32,778 bases of DNA from contig MU158606.1 in the NCBI GenBank assembly GCA_015711895.1, forward strand, positions 1,894-34,671, written 5' to 3'. This document shows positions 1-7,851 of this stretch, piece by piece. Each line of letters starts with the position of its first letter. Within the stretch, counting starts at the first letter, position 1. The position numbers were made by a program, and so were the translations under genes. The notes beneath the pieces were generated by a model that saw only the letters and a list, made by a program, of their open reading frames with translations, was not told where the DNA came from and searched no databases. This stretch comes from Candidatus Solincola tengchongensis (GTDB lineage: Bacteria > Actinomycetota > Geothermincolia > Geothermincolales > RBG-13-55-18).

Positions 1-1053
1 GTGGGGTATCATTACCAAAAGCGCGCTCCCTATGATGAAAAGGGTGTAGGTGAGGTAGAACTGAGGCGCTTCCCGATAGGGGCGGTCGAGAGTGGCCTCC
101 CAGCCGAAGGCCTCGCAAATCGTGTAGGCGGTGGTCAGGGGTAGGATAGAGGCGGCGAAAAGCGAGGCGGAGAAAAGTCCGAAGCCGAAAAGATAAGAGG
201 CATATTTTCCGGCTATGGGGGCAAGTCCCGCCGCCGCTTCCTCCGCCGTGGTTATGTTTATGGCTCCCACCCCGGGCTTGTAATAAAAGGCCGCCGCACA
301 GCAGATGATGATGAACATGCCCACGACAACGGCAAAGAACACCCCTACCAGTGTGTCCGCCCGCTCATAACCCATTTTCTCGGCGTCCAGCCCTTTGTCC
401 ACGATGGAAGACTGCTGATAGAAGAGCATCCACGGCGCAATGGTGGTCCCGATGTTGGTCACGGCGAGCACCAGGTAGGTGGTTTCCATGCGGAATCGCG
501 GTGTCACCAGGGCCTTACCCACCTCCGACCATTCTGGGCCGGCCATGACAGCCGATATGAAGTAGGCGACGTAAACCAGGCTGACTACGAGGAAGACCTT
601 TTCCACTCGCTTGTAAGTGCCCTTCACCACAAGCCACCAGACGGCAAGGGCCAGCAGGGGCATGAAAATGTGATATGGGAGATGGAAGAGCTGTAGGCTT
701 GCCGCCAGCCCAGCAAAATTGGATACGGTGTTGGCGAAGTTGGTGAAGAGCAAGGCCAGCATCACCAGGGCGGTGACTCGTAGGGAGAACCGCTCCCTGA
801 TCAGTGCAGCCAGCCCCTTCCCGGTTACGGTGCCCAGACGGACGATCATCTCCTGGATGAGGGCCAGGAAAACGGCAGTAACGGTGAGGACCCAGAGGAG
901 GTTATACCCGTAACGTGCGCCGGATACGGAATAGGTGGTGATGCCCCCGGCATCGGTGTCCACCATGTTGACGATGATGCCGGGGCCCAGGACGGCCAGG
1001 AAGACGAGTATCTCCCTGCGGCCCAGCCGCCTGCGCCCTTCCCTGCCGGGCAT
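1..1053 (-). CDS. NRAMP/SLC11-family divalent metal transporter (3' end runs off the window)
   Basis: Not in the ORF track because it has no stop in the window. Manual translation from ATG 1053 (GGAGGAG RBS) gives MPGREGRRRLGRREILVFLAVLGPGIIVNMVDTDAGGITTYSVSGARYGYNLLW...QEMIVRLGTVTGKGLAALIRERF...IGTTIAPWMLFYQQSSIVDKG..., which has the NRAMP signatures and many TM helices. Confidence 0.9.
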   Translation of the reverse strand, partial: MPGREGRRRLGRREILVFLAVLGPGIIVNMVDTDAGGITTYSVSGARYGYNLLWVLTVTAVFLALIQEMIVRLGTVTGKGLAALIRERFSLRVTALVMLALLFTNFANTVSNFAGLAASLQLFHLPYHIFMPLLALAVWWLVVKGTYKRVEKVFLVVSLVYVAYFISAVMAGPEWSEVGKALVTPRFRMETTYLVLAVTNIGTTIAPWMLFYQQSSIVDKGLDAEKMGYERADTLVGVFFAVVVGMFIIICCAAAFYYKPGVGAINITTAEEAAAGLAPIAGKYASYLFGFGLFSASLFAASILPLTTAYTICEAFGWEATLDRPYREAPQFYLTYTLFIIGSALLVMIPH

Positions 1054-1115
1054 GGTTCTCCTCCAAGCCTCGATCACCCCTGTCCTCGCGAAAAAGCGGC
1101 GAAAAGTCCTGGTTG

Positions 1116-1121
1116 ATTATA
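1116..1121 (-). promoter_or_regulatory. -10 box (TATAAT) of the NRAMP gene
   Basis: Perfect TATAAT on the minus strand ~60 nt upstream of ATG 1053; -35 is weak. Confidence 0.5.
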
Positions 1122-1449
1122 CCCCACGGGCTAAGGCGGGAAAAACCGCGGTGGAGGGCCGGAGGGCGGAAGGAGAAAAGCGCGGTAAGCGGGAACGCGG
1201 GTCTCCTTGCTCTAACCCGACAGGCGAATCGGAAAAATAAATTAAGGAACTGTACGCATCTTACCCGAGCACATGCGGGGATCATCAAATCCTTCCATCA
1301 CTAAACCCTCCACGTGCGGGAGCGAGGCTCGTATCACACTTGAGGCAAGGTGTATCCTGAAGATGAGCTGACCGAGATGGGATTTCTTATGTCACATCCC
1401 GCGGGTCCGTGGCTTTTGGAAGCCATCATGTGCCGGGAGAGGTTGGGCC

Positions 1450-2298
1450 TCAAGCCTTTGTGGCATGGCCTCCCCGGGTGAGGAAGCGGTCCAGGCACCA
1501 GGTCATGAAGCGCATCGCAAGAACATACCCCGGAGGGAAGACGCGCTTGAGGAGGTAGAGCATCCACACGTCCGGTGAGGTGAAGACCTTGAACCTGTTC
1601 TTCTCGATGGACCGGATGATGAGGCCGGCCACCTTCTCGGGAGGGTCAGCGTGCCTTCGGAAGAGGTCGCGGCCTCTCTCGCAGGCCCGCGGGTCGGCGT
1701 TGATCTCAACCGTGTCGATGATCCCCGTGTTCACCGCTCCGGGGAGTATCACGCTCACCCCGATGCCGTGCTTGCGGAGGTCGAAACGGAGGACCTCCGA
1801 GGTGCCCACCAGGGCGTGTTTGGTTCCGGCGTAAACCATGTGCCAGGGCAGGCCGATGACCCCCGCCGCCGAGGAGACATTGACGATGTGCCCGCCCCTC
1901 CCCGCGCGCACCATCTCCGGTACGAAACATTCAATGGTGTGGTAAGGTCCCCACAGGTTGACGTTCACCACCCTCTCCCACTGCTCGTGGGTGGTGTCCT
2001 CGACCTGTGAGAAAAGAGCCACGCCGGCCACGTTGGCAAGGATATCCAGGGGGCCGAACCGGGAGTGAACCTCCTCGGCAAGCCCCTTCACCGCCTCATA
2101 ATCCGATATGTCCAGGGCCCTGGCGAGGCAGACCTCCCCGCCCGTCTCCTCGATCCTGCGCCGGGTCTCCTCGAGGCCTGGCCCGTTGATGTCCGTGATG
2201 AAAAGCCTGGCCCCCCTCTCCGCCATGGCCACCGCCGTGGCCCTACCGATGCCGCTCGCCGCGCCGGTTACCAGCGTCTTCCTGCCACGGATTTCCAC
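1450..2298 (-). CDS. Short-chain dehydrogenase/reductase (SDR)
   Basis: TGAASGIG Rossmann motif, NVAG, NVSS and catalytic YAGTK (YxxxK). Confidence 0.93.
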   Translation of the reverse strand: MEIRGRKTLVTGAASGIGRATAVAMAERGARLFITDINGPGLEETRRRIEETGGEVCLARALDISDYEAVKGLAEEVHSRFGPLDILANVAGVALFSQVEDTTHEQWERVVNVNLWGPYHTIECFVPEMVRAGRGGHIVNVSSAAGVIGLPWHMVYAGTKHALVGTSEVLRFDLRKHGIGVSVILPGAVNTGIIDTVEINADPRACERGRDLFRRHADPPEKVAGLIIRSIEKNRFKVFTSPDVWMLYLLKRVFPPGYVLAMRFMTWCLDRFLTRGGHATKA

Positions 2299-2382
2299 CT
2301 TTCCCCCTTTCTCTCGCCTCGGGTATCAACGGAGGCGGTCTCTTTCCTTTTGCGTCTCGTGCAGCGATCATGAAGCCCTGCA

Positions 2383-2985
2383 TCATTGATGCAGGGAGCA
2401 GACGGAGGGGCAGTCTATGACCCGATTCTCGGTGACGATCTTGTGCACGTGGCGGTCATGGTCGGCACAGGGGACGTGCTCCACGACCTGCAGCTCGAAG
2501 GCCACGGCTATGAGCCTGCAGCGGGGGCTGCACTTCTCCAGGAAGCGGTCGTAATAGCCACCCCCGTAACCCAGCCTCCCGCCGGAGAGGTCGAAGGCCA
2601 CCCCGGGCATGAGGACCACGTCGATCTCCTCCGGGGGAACGGGGCGAAGGCACTCGTGCCTGGGCTCCAGGATGTCGTAGTTCCCCGGGCGGAGGTCGCT
2701 CTCCAGGTCCAGGAGCTGAGAGGCCACCATGGACTTGTCGTCCGCGTTGGTACAGGGGACGCAGGCCCGCTTCCCTTCCTCGAGGGCGCGCCGGATCATG
2801 GGCAGGGTGTCCACCTCGCTGCGGAAAGAGATGAAGAAGAGGACCGTCCGCGCGGAGGCGAACTCGGGCACGGACCACAGGTTCTCGGCGATGCGCTCGG
2901 AGAGCTCCTTCCTCCGCTCCGGGGGAAGGGCGTCGCGCAGTTCCTGGACCTTCTTGCGCAGTTCCTTCTTCCTCTTATGAATCAT
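2383..2985 (-). CDS. ygfA: 5-formyltetrahydrofolate cyclo-ligase
   Basis: N-terminal K..LRK, SEVDT, PGVAFD..GGRLGYGGGYYDRFL and D..V..IVTE family motifs; AAGGAG RBS. Confidence 0.95.
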   Translation of the reverse strand: MIHKRKKELRKKVQELRDALPPERRKELSERIAENLWSVPEFASARTVLFFISFRSEVDTLPMIRRALEEGKRACVPCTNADDKSMVASQLLDLESDLRPGNYDILEPRHECLRPVPPEEIDVVLMPGVAFDLSGGRLGYGGGYYDRFLEKCSPRCRLIAVAFELQVVEHVPCADHDRHVHKIVTENRVIDCPSVCSLHQ

Positions 2986-3010
2986 CCGGTTACTCCTTCG
3001 GTCCGGGGTT

Positions 3011-3019
3011 ATTATAGCA
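3011..3019 (-). promoter_or_regulatory. Extended -10 promoter (TGcTATAAT) for ygfA
   Basis: The minus strand reads TGCTATAAT 25 nt upstream of ATG 2985. Confidence 0.6.
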
Positions 3020-3044
3020 GAGCCCTTCCAAGCGAGTGAGAAAA

Positions 3045-3222
3045 ATGTGGCCGGTAAGGGGGGTCCGAAGCTTCAGCACTCTCCGAGGATGCCCCCTTGC
3101 CGGCAATTGCCCCGATCACGGTCGGGCAATGAGTCGATTGCCCCGATCCTGCCTCGGGAGTGAGGGCACGATCACCGGAATCCTTGCCGAATCGGGTCAC
3201 GCTCCACCCTCGCCGGCCGCGA
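3045..3222 (-). ncRNA. Candidate 6S-like structured RNA
   Basis: Rod-like fold of ~175 nt: closing stem 3047-3060/3207-3220, central bubble, inner stem 3077-3088/3152-3162 and apical hairpins. It lies directly upstream of ygfA, the classic ssrS position. Strand is assigned from synteny only. Confidence 0.4.
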
Positions 3223-3584
3223 GCGGGTTGCGGCCCTTCGCCCTTTGACTCCCTGTAACCGGCGCCTTACGCCGCGGCTTTCAACGGCCGGAGCGGGGAG
3301 GGGGCGGCCGGGAAAGGGGCTTTCCGGCAATGGGGCATGTTCCGGTACAGGCCCTCGGGAACGGGCATGGGGAGTGTAGAATTAGGGAAAGGACAGTGAT
3401 TGGGGAAAGGGCCGCGGTGAAAGCACGGGAGAGGGTTCGCTTTTACGGCGGGCGGTGTTGCTAGGCGGGGGTTGCCCCCGCTGAGGGTGAGAGTCGAGCT
3501 TCGCATAGGAAGAGGTGACGCGGCGCCCGTGCTGTTGCCGAGGGATGCCCTCCGGCCGAGGAGATTTTCGGGGGTGAGCTAGAG

Positions 3585-4073
3585 ATGAAGAGGGTGGTGG
3601 CCATATCCGATACCCATATCCCGAAGGTAAAAGAAGACCTTCCTCCCTCACTCGTGGAGGCGCTGCAGGGGGCGGACCTCATAGTGCATGCCGGTGACTT
3701 GGTGGACATCTCCGTGCTGGACCGGCTGCGGGAGCTGGGGACGGTGGTCGCGGTGGCCGGGAACATGGACTACCCCAGCGTGAGGGCCGTGCTGCCGGAG
3801 ACGAGGGTGGTTGAGGTGGAGGGCAAGCGCATAGGTGTGACCCACGGCAGCGGGCCGCCCCTGGGGATCGAGCGCCGGGTGCTCTCCCGCTTCGCCGGGG
3901 TGGACGCGGTGGTCTTCGGGCACACCCACTCCGCCCACCTGGAGGAGAGGAAGGGGGTCCTGCTGGTGAACCCCGGGACTCCCAACGACCGCCGCTTCTC
4001 CCGCCGGCTCTCCTACGCCTTGCTGGAGGTGGACGAGGAGGGCATAAGGCCGGAGATAGTGTGGCTGGACTGA
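3585..4073 (+). CDS. YfcE/MJ0936-family metallophosphoesterase
   Basis: SDTH, HAGD, GNMD, THG, GHTH and NPG calcineurin-like motifs. Confidence 0.93.
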   Translation: MKRVVAISDTHIPKVKEDLPPSLVEALQGADLIVHAGDLVDISVLDRLRELGTVVAVAGNMDYPSVRAVLPETRVVEVEGKRIGVTHGSGPPLGIERRVLSRFAGVDAVVFGHTHSAHLEERKGVLLVNPGTPNDRRFSRRLSYALLEVDEEGIRPEIVWLD

Positions 4074-4442
4074 CCGCACACGTACCTTTGAGGCCGGGGT
4101 GAGCCTTTGACTTTCGGACCGGAAGGCGTGCGGTGGGGAGGGGGCCGGAGGCGGAGGGCAGTCGGCCCTTATGAGATGCGGCTTGTGGTCTCTGCCGCAA
4201 GCTACGGAAGTCCGGTAGGGGGAACGGAATGTACCAAGGCGACCTTCTCGGAAGGCGCCTCCATCTGATCCCCAGAGCCAGTCCTGGTTCTGGAGGGGTC
4301 GTTCTCGGAGGCGAGGGAAAGGGAGAAGGCCGTAAAGTGAGGGGAAAGAGAAGGACTGTCGACCGCTTCCAGAGCCTTTCCGTTCGACCGTGAGGCGTGT
4401 TCTGGGTTAAATAAAAGGGTTTCGGGGAGAAGCCCTAAGGCA

Positions 4443-5111
4443 TTATCGGGAGACTTCCTCGCCCCATGTCTTTTCCTCGGAGAGGTCGAGGCCGCCCACG
4501 ACCACCCAGCGGCCCTTCCCGGCTATGTCCGCGAAACGCTCCCGGTACTCGTCCATCCGCGCCACCTGTAGGAGGGGGTCGTTCACTGGGTCCTCGTACC
4601 AACGGAGGTATATCTCGCCCTCTTTGTCCTTGAAGCTGTCCGTCTTGTACTCCACGGTGCCGAACATCTTCTGCCCGATGTAGCGGATCTTGCCGTCGGT
4701 TATCTTCACCACGGCGCTCTCGCCCTCCACCTTCTCCGCTTCCTCCAGGACGACACCGTTGAACTCCGCCTCCCACTCCCGGGAGTTCCACCTGTCCTCA
4801 AGGTCTCGGAGCTGTTCGGGCCCTATGAACTGCCCGGTGGGGTCCATGAGCAGCTCGGGGTTCACCACCTCGAGGAAATAGGCGAAGTCACGCCCGTTTT
4901 CGGGGTTGCGCGCCCCGTCCTCGCCCTCCTTCCATTCCATGGATTTGAACCATTTCTTCACCACGGTAACGGGGCTTCTGTCCTGGGGGTCGAATTCGTC
5001 CTTGAAGGAGGAGCCGCTCTGCCATCCCGCGCATCCGGCGAGCAGGAGCAGGAGCAATGCGGCCGCGATATACACGGCCAGCCGCTTCCCACGCGATCTC
5101 ATCATCTCCAT
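4443..5111 (-). CDS. Hypothetical lipoprotein with NTF2-like (DUF4878-like) domain
   Basis: Basic N-terminus, hydrophobic stretch and LLAGC lipobox; SP..VV..WF..M, AVVKITDG and GRWVV pattern; GC3-rich codons. Confidence 0.7.
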   Translation of the reverse strand: MEMMRSRGKRLAVYIAAALLLLLLAGCAGWQSGSSFKDEFDPQDRSPVTVVKKWFKSMEWKEGEDGARNPENGRDFAYFLEVVNPELLMDPTGQFIGPEQLRDLEDRWNSREWEAEFNGVVLEEAEKVEGESAVVKITDGKIRYIGQKMFGTVEYKTDSFKDKEGEIYLRWYEDPVNDPLLQVARMDEYRERFADIAGKGRWVVVGGLDLSEEKTWGEEVSR

Positions 5112-5332
5112 CCTGCTTTCCGCCTTCGGTAGGGTTCCTTGACCCTCTCCGTCCTACTCCGCCGGGTCCGCTTCCGAGCGCGTTCCCGTTCGAGCTCCGT
5201 ATAAGTATAGAGTAAGCGTCCCGTACTGTCAGCAAGTAAGCATCTTGCGCCGCATCTCGCGCTTTCCGCACCGGACGGCTTTTCCGGGCGCGCGCCGACC
5301 TTTCCTTCGGGGACGCTCGGCCTGCAAAAGCG

Positions 5333-6070
5333 TCACTCGCCCTGGCCGCCCTCTCCCTCCAGCTCCGGGAACTCGGGCTGTTCGCCCGGCACCTCCTCCA
5401 CCAGGTAGGGGAGCTTGGCGGTCGGGTAATCCTGGATCACCCAGTTGCCCTCCACCCTGACCAGCCGGATCAGCCGGGGGTGCTGGGAGAAGTCGACCCC
5501 GCCGCTCCTGGCGCCGTCGCGGTAAAAGCCCTCGAAGTAGCCGCCCACGACCTCCACCTCGGCGTAGTCGCCCTCCTCCTTCACCAGGCGGGTCTTAAGG
5601 CCATCGACCACGTAGGAGTCGTAATCGATGCCCTCGGTGTAGGGGTCGGGCTCGTATTCCCCCTTCTGGGCCAGTTTGTACACCTCGGGTTCGGTCAGCT
5701 TGAGGTAGGCCATCACGTCCTTGTCCTTTATGGCCCGGTAGAAGTCCTTGACCGCCTTCTCCGGCGCGCTCTCGCCGCCGCGGAACACGGTGATGGCCAG
5801 GACGACGACGGCCACCAGGACGACGAGGCCGAGAAGGACCACGCCGGACCTCAGCGATGAGCGGCGGCGCCGCACCCGGCGGAGGCGCCTTTCCACCTCC
5901 GCACGGTCGACGCCCTCCTTCTCCAGCTCCAGGCGCAGGCGGGCCGCCTCGCGCATGGTCTTCCTGCGGGCCCTGGCCTTGGCGGCCTCCAACCCGGCGA
6001 TCTTCTCGCCGCATTCCTCGCAGTAGCGGCGACCCTCGGGGTTCTGGTATCCGCAGTTGGGACAGCGCAA
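5333..6070 (-). CDS. Zinc-ribbon + single TM + NTF2-like extracytoplasmic domain protein
   Basis: CPNCG..N......CEECG, an Arg-rich helix, one TM helix, then APEKAVKDFYRAIKDKD...LVRVEGNWVI; GAGGAG RBS before a TTG start. Confidence 0.82.
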   Translation of the reverse strand: MRCPNCGYQNPEGRRYCEECGEKIAGLEAAKARARRKTMREAARLRLELEKEGVDRAEVERRLRRVRRRRSSLRSGVVLLGLVVLVAVVVLAITVFRGGESAPEKAVKDFYRAIKDKDVMAYLKLTEPEVYKLAQKGEYEPDPYTEGIDYDSYVVDGLKTRLVKEEGDYAEVEVVGGYFEGFYRDGARSGGVDFSQHPRLIRLVRVEGNWVIQDYPTAKLPYLVEEVPGEQPEFPELEGEGGQGE

Positions 6071-6590
6071 GTTCTCCTCCTCTTCAAACTCGCCTTAATC
6101 TGGAAATATATTCCTCTTAAACTCCGGCCGCACCGGGCCGCCTATCCTTCACGGTCGGCGCCGACAAGGAACTGACGCCTCCGGGGCCCTTTTCGTGTTT
6201 CCCGGAAGCCCCGTTCGGCTTACGGCCGCACCTCCGTCTCGGTGCGACCTCACTGCCGCCCCGGGATCGGTCCCGTGGCCCTCGCCTTCCACTCGACGCA
6301 GGGCGCACTTCCATACACATCATATATCCTGACCCGGCGTCGCATCCCGACCCATTGAAATCTTTGCCGGCTGGTATCGGAATCCCTTTAGTCCCTGGTT
6401 GCGGCCCGGCGATGACGCGCGCCTTCGCCGAGTAGTCTGCACGGGAGGTTGAAGCGCTGCTTCCTCCTCTACAGCGGTATCCCGCCTGGTTTCTCCCTCT
6501 CTTTGACGCCCCGGCCGGTCTCGCGGTTTCCCTTTTGCTCGCACGCCGGGAAGGCTCGGCGCGCTGGTGACCTTTCCGGAGTTCTACCCT

Positions 6591-7118
6591 TCACTCCCGG
6601 CAAGCGGTCTCCAGCGCGTAGAGAACGTAGAGGTCCAGGGCCTCCAGGTACCATTCCCCATCCCTCTTCACCAGGTAGAGCGGGACGAACTCCTCCCGGG
6701 AGAAGTCGATCTCCCCCTCCTTCACCCAGCGGCCGTCCTTGAGGCGGTAATAGGCACACTTTCCTCCGACCGCGGTCACCAGCGCATGGTCGGGATCCAG
6801 GGCGCGCGAGCTCAACTCCAAGTCCTCGAAGCGAAAGCGCCAGTCCGGTGTCCCGTCGAGGAAGCGGCGCCGCAGCTCGTCCCACTCCCGGCGTGTCCTC
6901 TCCTCGCCCTCCACTTTCCTCCTGGCCTCGGGGCTCACGAAGGAGCGCATGGCGTCGAAATCCTGGGCCTGAACTGCACCCAGAAAATGGTAAACAGTGG
7001 CCTGCGGCGATTCGCGCCCGCACCCCCCAGCCGGGAGGGCGGCGAGGGCCAGAATGACGGCAAGGAGGACGCACCCGGCTCCGGGAAATCGCGGGCCCGC
7101 TTTACCCCCGGATACCAT
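6591..7118 (-). CDS. Hypothetical lipoprotein with NTF2-like domain
   Basis: Start re-set to ATG 7118 because the longer ORF overlaps the upstream gene. Signal peptide ends in AGGC, followed by SPQATVYHFLGAVQAQDFDAM...LVKRDGEWYL. Confidence 0.72.
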   Translation of the reverse strand: MVSGGKAGPRFPGAGCVLLAVILALAALPAGGCGRESPQATVYHFLGAVQAQDFDAMRSFVSPEARRKVEGEERTRREWDELRRRFLDGTPDWRFRFEDLELSSRALDPDHALVTAVGGKCAYYRLKDGRWVKEGEIDFSREEFVPLYLVKRDGEWYLEALDLYVLYALETACRE

Positions 7119-7129
7119 ACGCGGATTTT

Positions 7130-7603
7130 CTACCCACCTATCCTCGTCCCGCAGTTGGGGCAGAACACCGATCCGGCGGGAACCTCGGCGCCGCACGAAG
7201 GACAGGCTGCGGGACCAGGCTGGGGAGCCGCCTGGGGCGGCGCCGGAGCGGCAGCCGTGGGAGGCGGGGGAGGCGGGGGAGGCGCGGGTTGAGCCGCCGC
7301 CGCGGGAGTATCTGCGACCTGTGCCTGCTGGGCGGCCTGCCTCTGGGCTTCCACCTGCTTTTCCAGCTCGATTATCTGCCATTCCAGGTTGAATATCTGG
7401 TCAACCTGGGGTCGCAGGGCGTCGGGGTTCGGCCGGTTTTCCCGGAACTGGCTGAGCAGTGCCTCTCCCAGTTGGGTCACCAGCTCCGTCCTCTGCTTGC
7501 GCAGGGAGCTTATCTGCGCCTTCTGCTTGGTGGAATCCAAGGCCTGGTCCAGCTGGGCGCCAAGGCTGGAAGCCTGTTCCTTCAACTTGTCAAAAAATCC
7601 CAT
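7130..7603 (-). CDS. Coiled-coil + Pro-rich linker + C-terminal zinc-ribbon protein
   Basis: ATG 7603 (MGFFDKLKEQ) with GAGGTG/AAGGA RBS; coiled coil, poly-Pro and CPSCG...FCPNCG. Confidence 0.85.
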   Translation of the reverse strand: MGFFDKLKEQASSLGAQLDQALDSTKQKAQISSLRKQRTELVTQLGEALLSQFRENRPNPDALRPQVDQIFNLEWQIIELEKQVEAQRQAAQQAQVADTPAAAAQPAPPPPPPPPTAAAPAPPQAAPQPGPAACPSCGAEVPAGSVFCPNCGTRIGG

Positions 7604-7851
7604 ATCCTTCACCTCTTTCCGTGTCGAAGAACCGCCGACGCGTCCTTCCGAGAAGAGCACGACTCAAGACCTATTATAAGCCACGCTCGGATTCACATCC
7701 CTGGGGAAGTGAGTGGGGCTCTTCTGCGGCCGGCTGCCGGGGCGTGAAAAGGTGATAGGCGGGACGCGTTCCGGGATTCCCACTAGCGTAAAACGCTCCG
7801 TGATGTCCTCAAGGCCGGGTCACTCTCCACGCCGCAGGGTGGTCACAGCGC

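Noticed and set aside
1054-1449. Mn2+ (yybP-ykoY) or Mg2+ (M-box) riboswitch upstream of the NRAMP gene
   Set aside because: No consensus motifs were found, and the TATAAT box at 1116-1121 leaves only a ~55-nt leader.
6340-6450. c-di-GMP-I riboswitch-like words on the minus strand (GCCGCAA...GGGACTAAAG...CAGCCGG)
   Set aside because: It lacks the GGCAAA/GNRA P1-P2 elements and the tetraloop-receptor pairing does not close.
7119-7382. N-terminal extension of ORF 6591..7382
   Set aside because: It overlaps the zinc-ribbon gene in another frame and is low-complexity; the signal peptide starts at ATG 7118.
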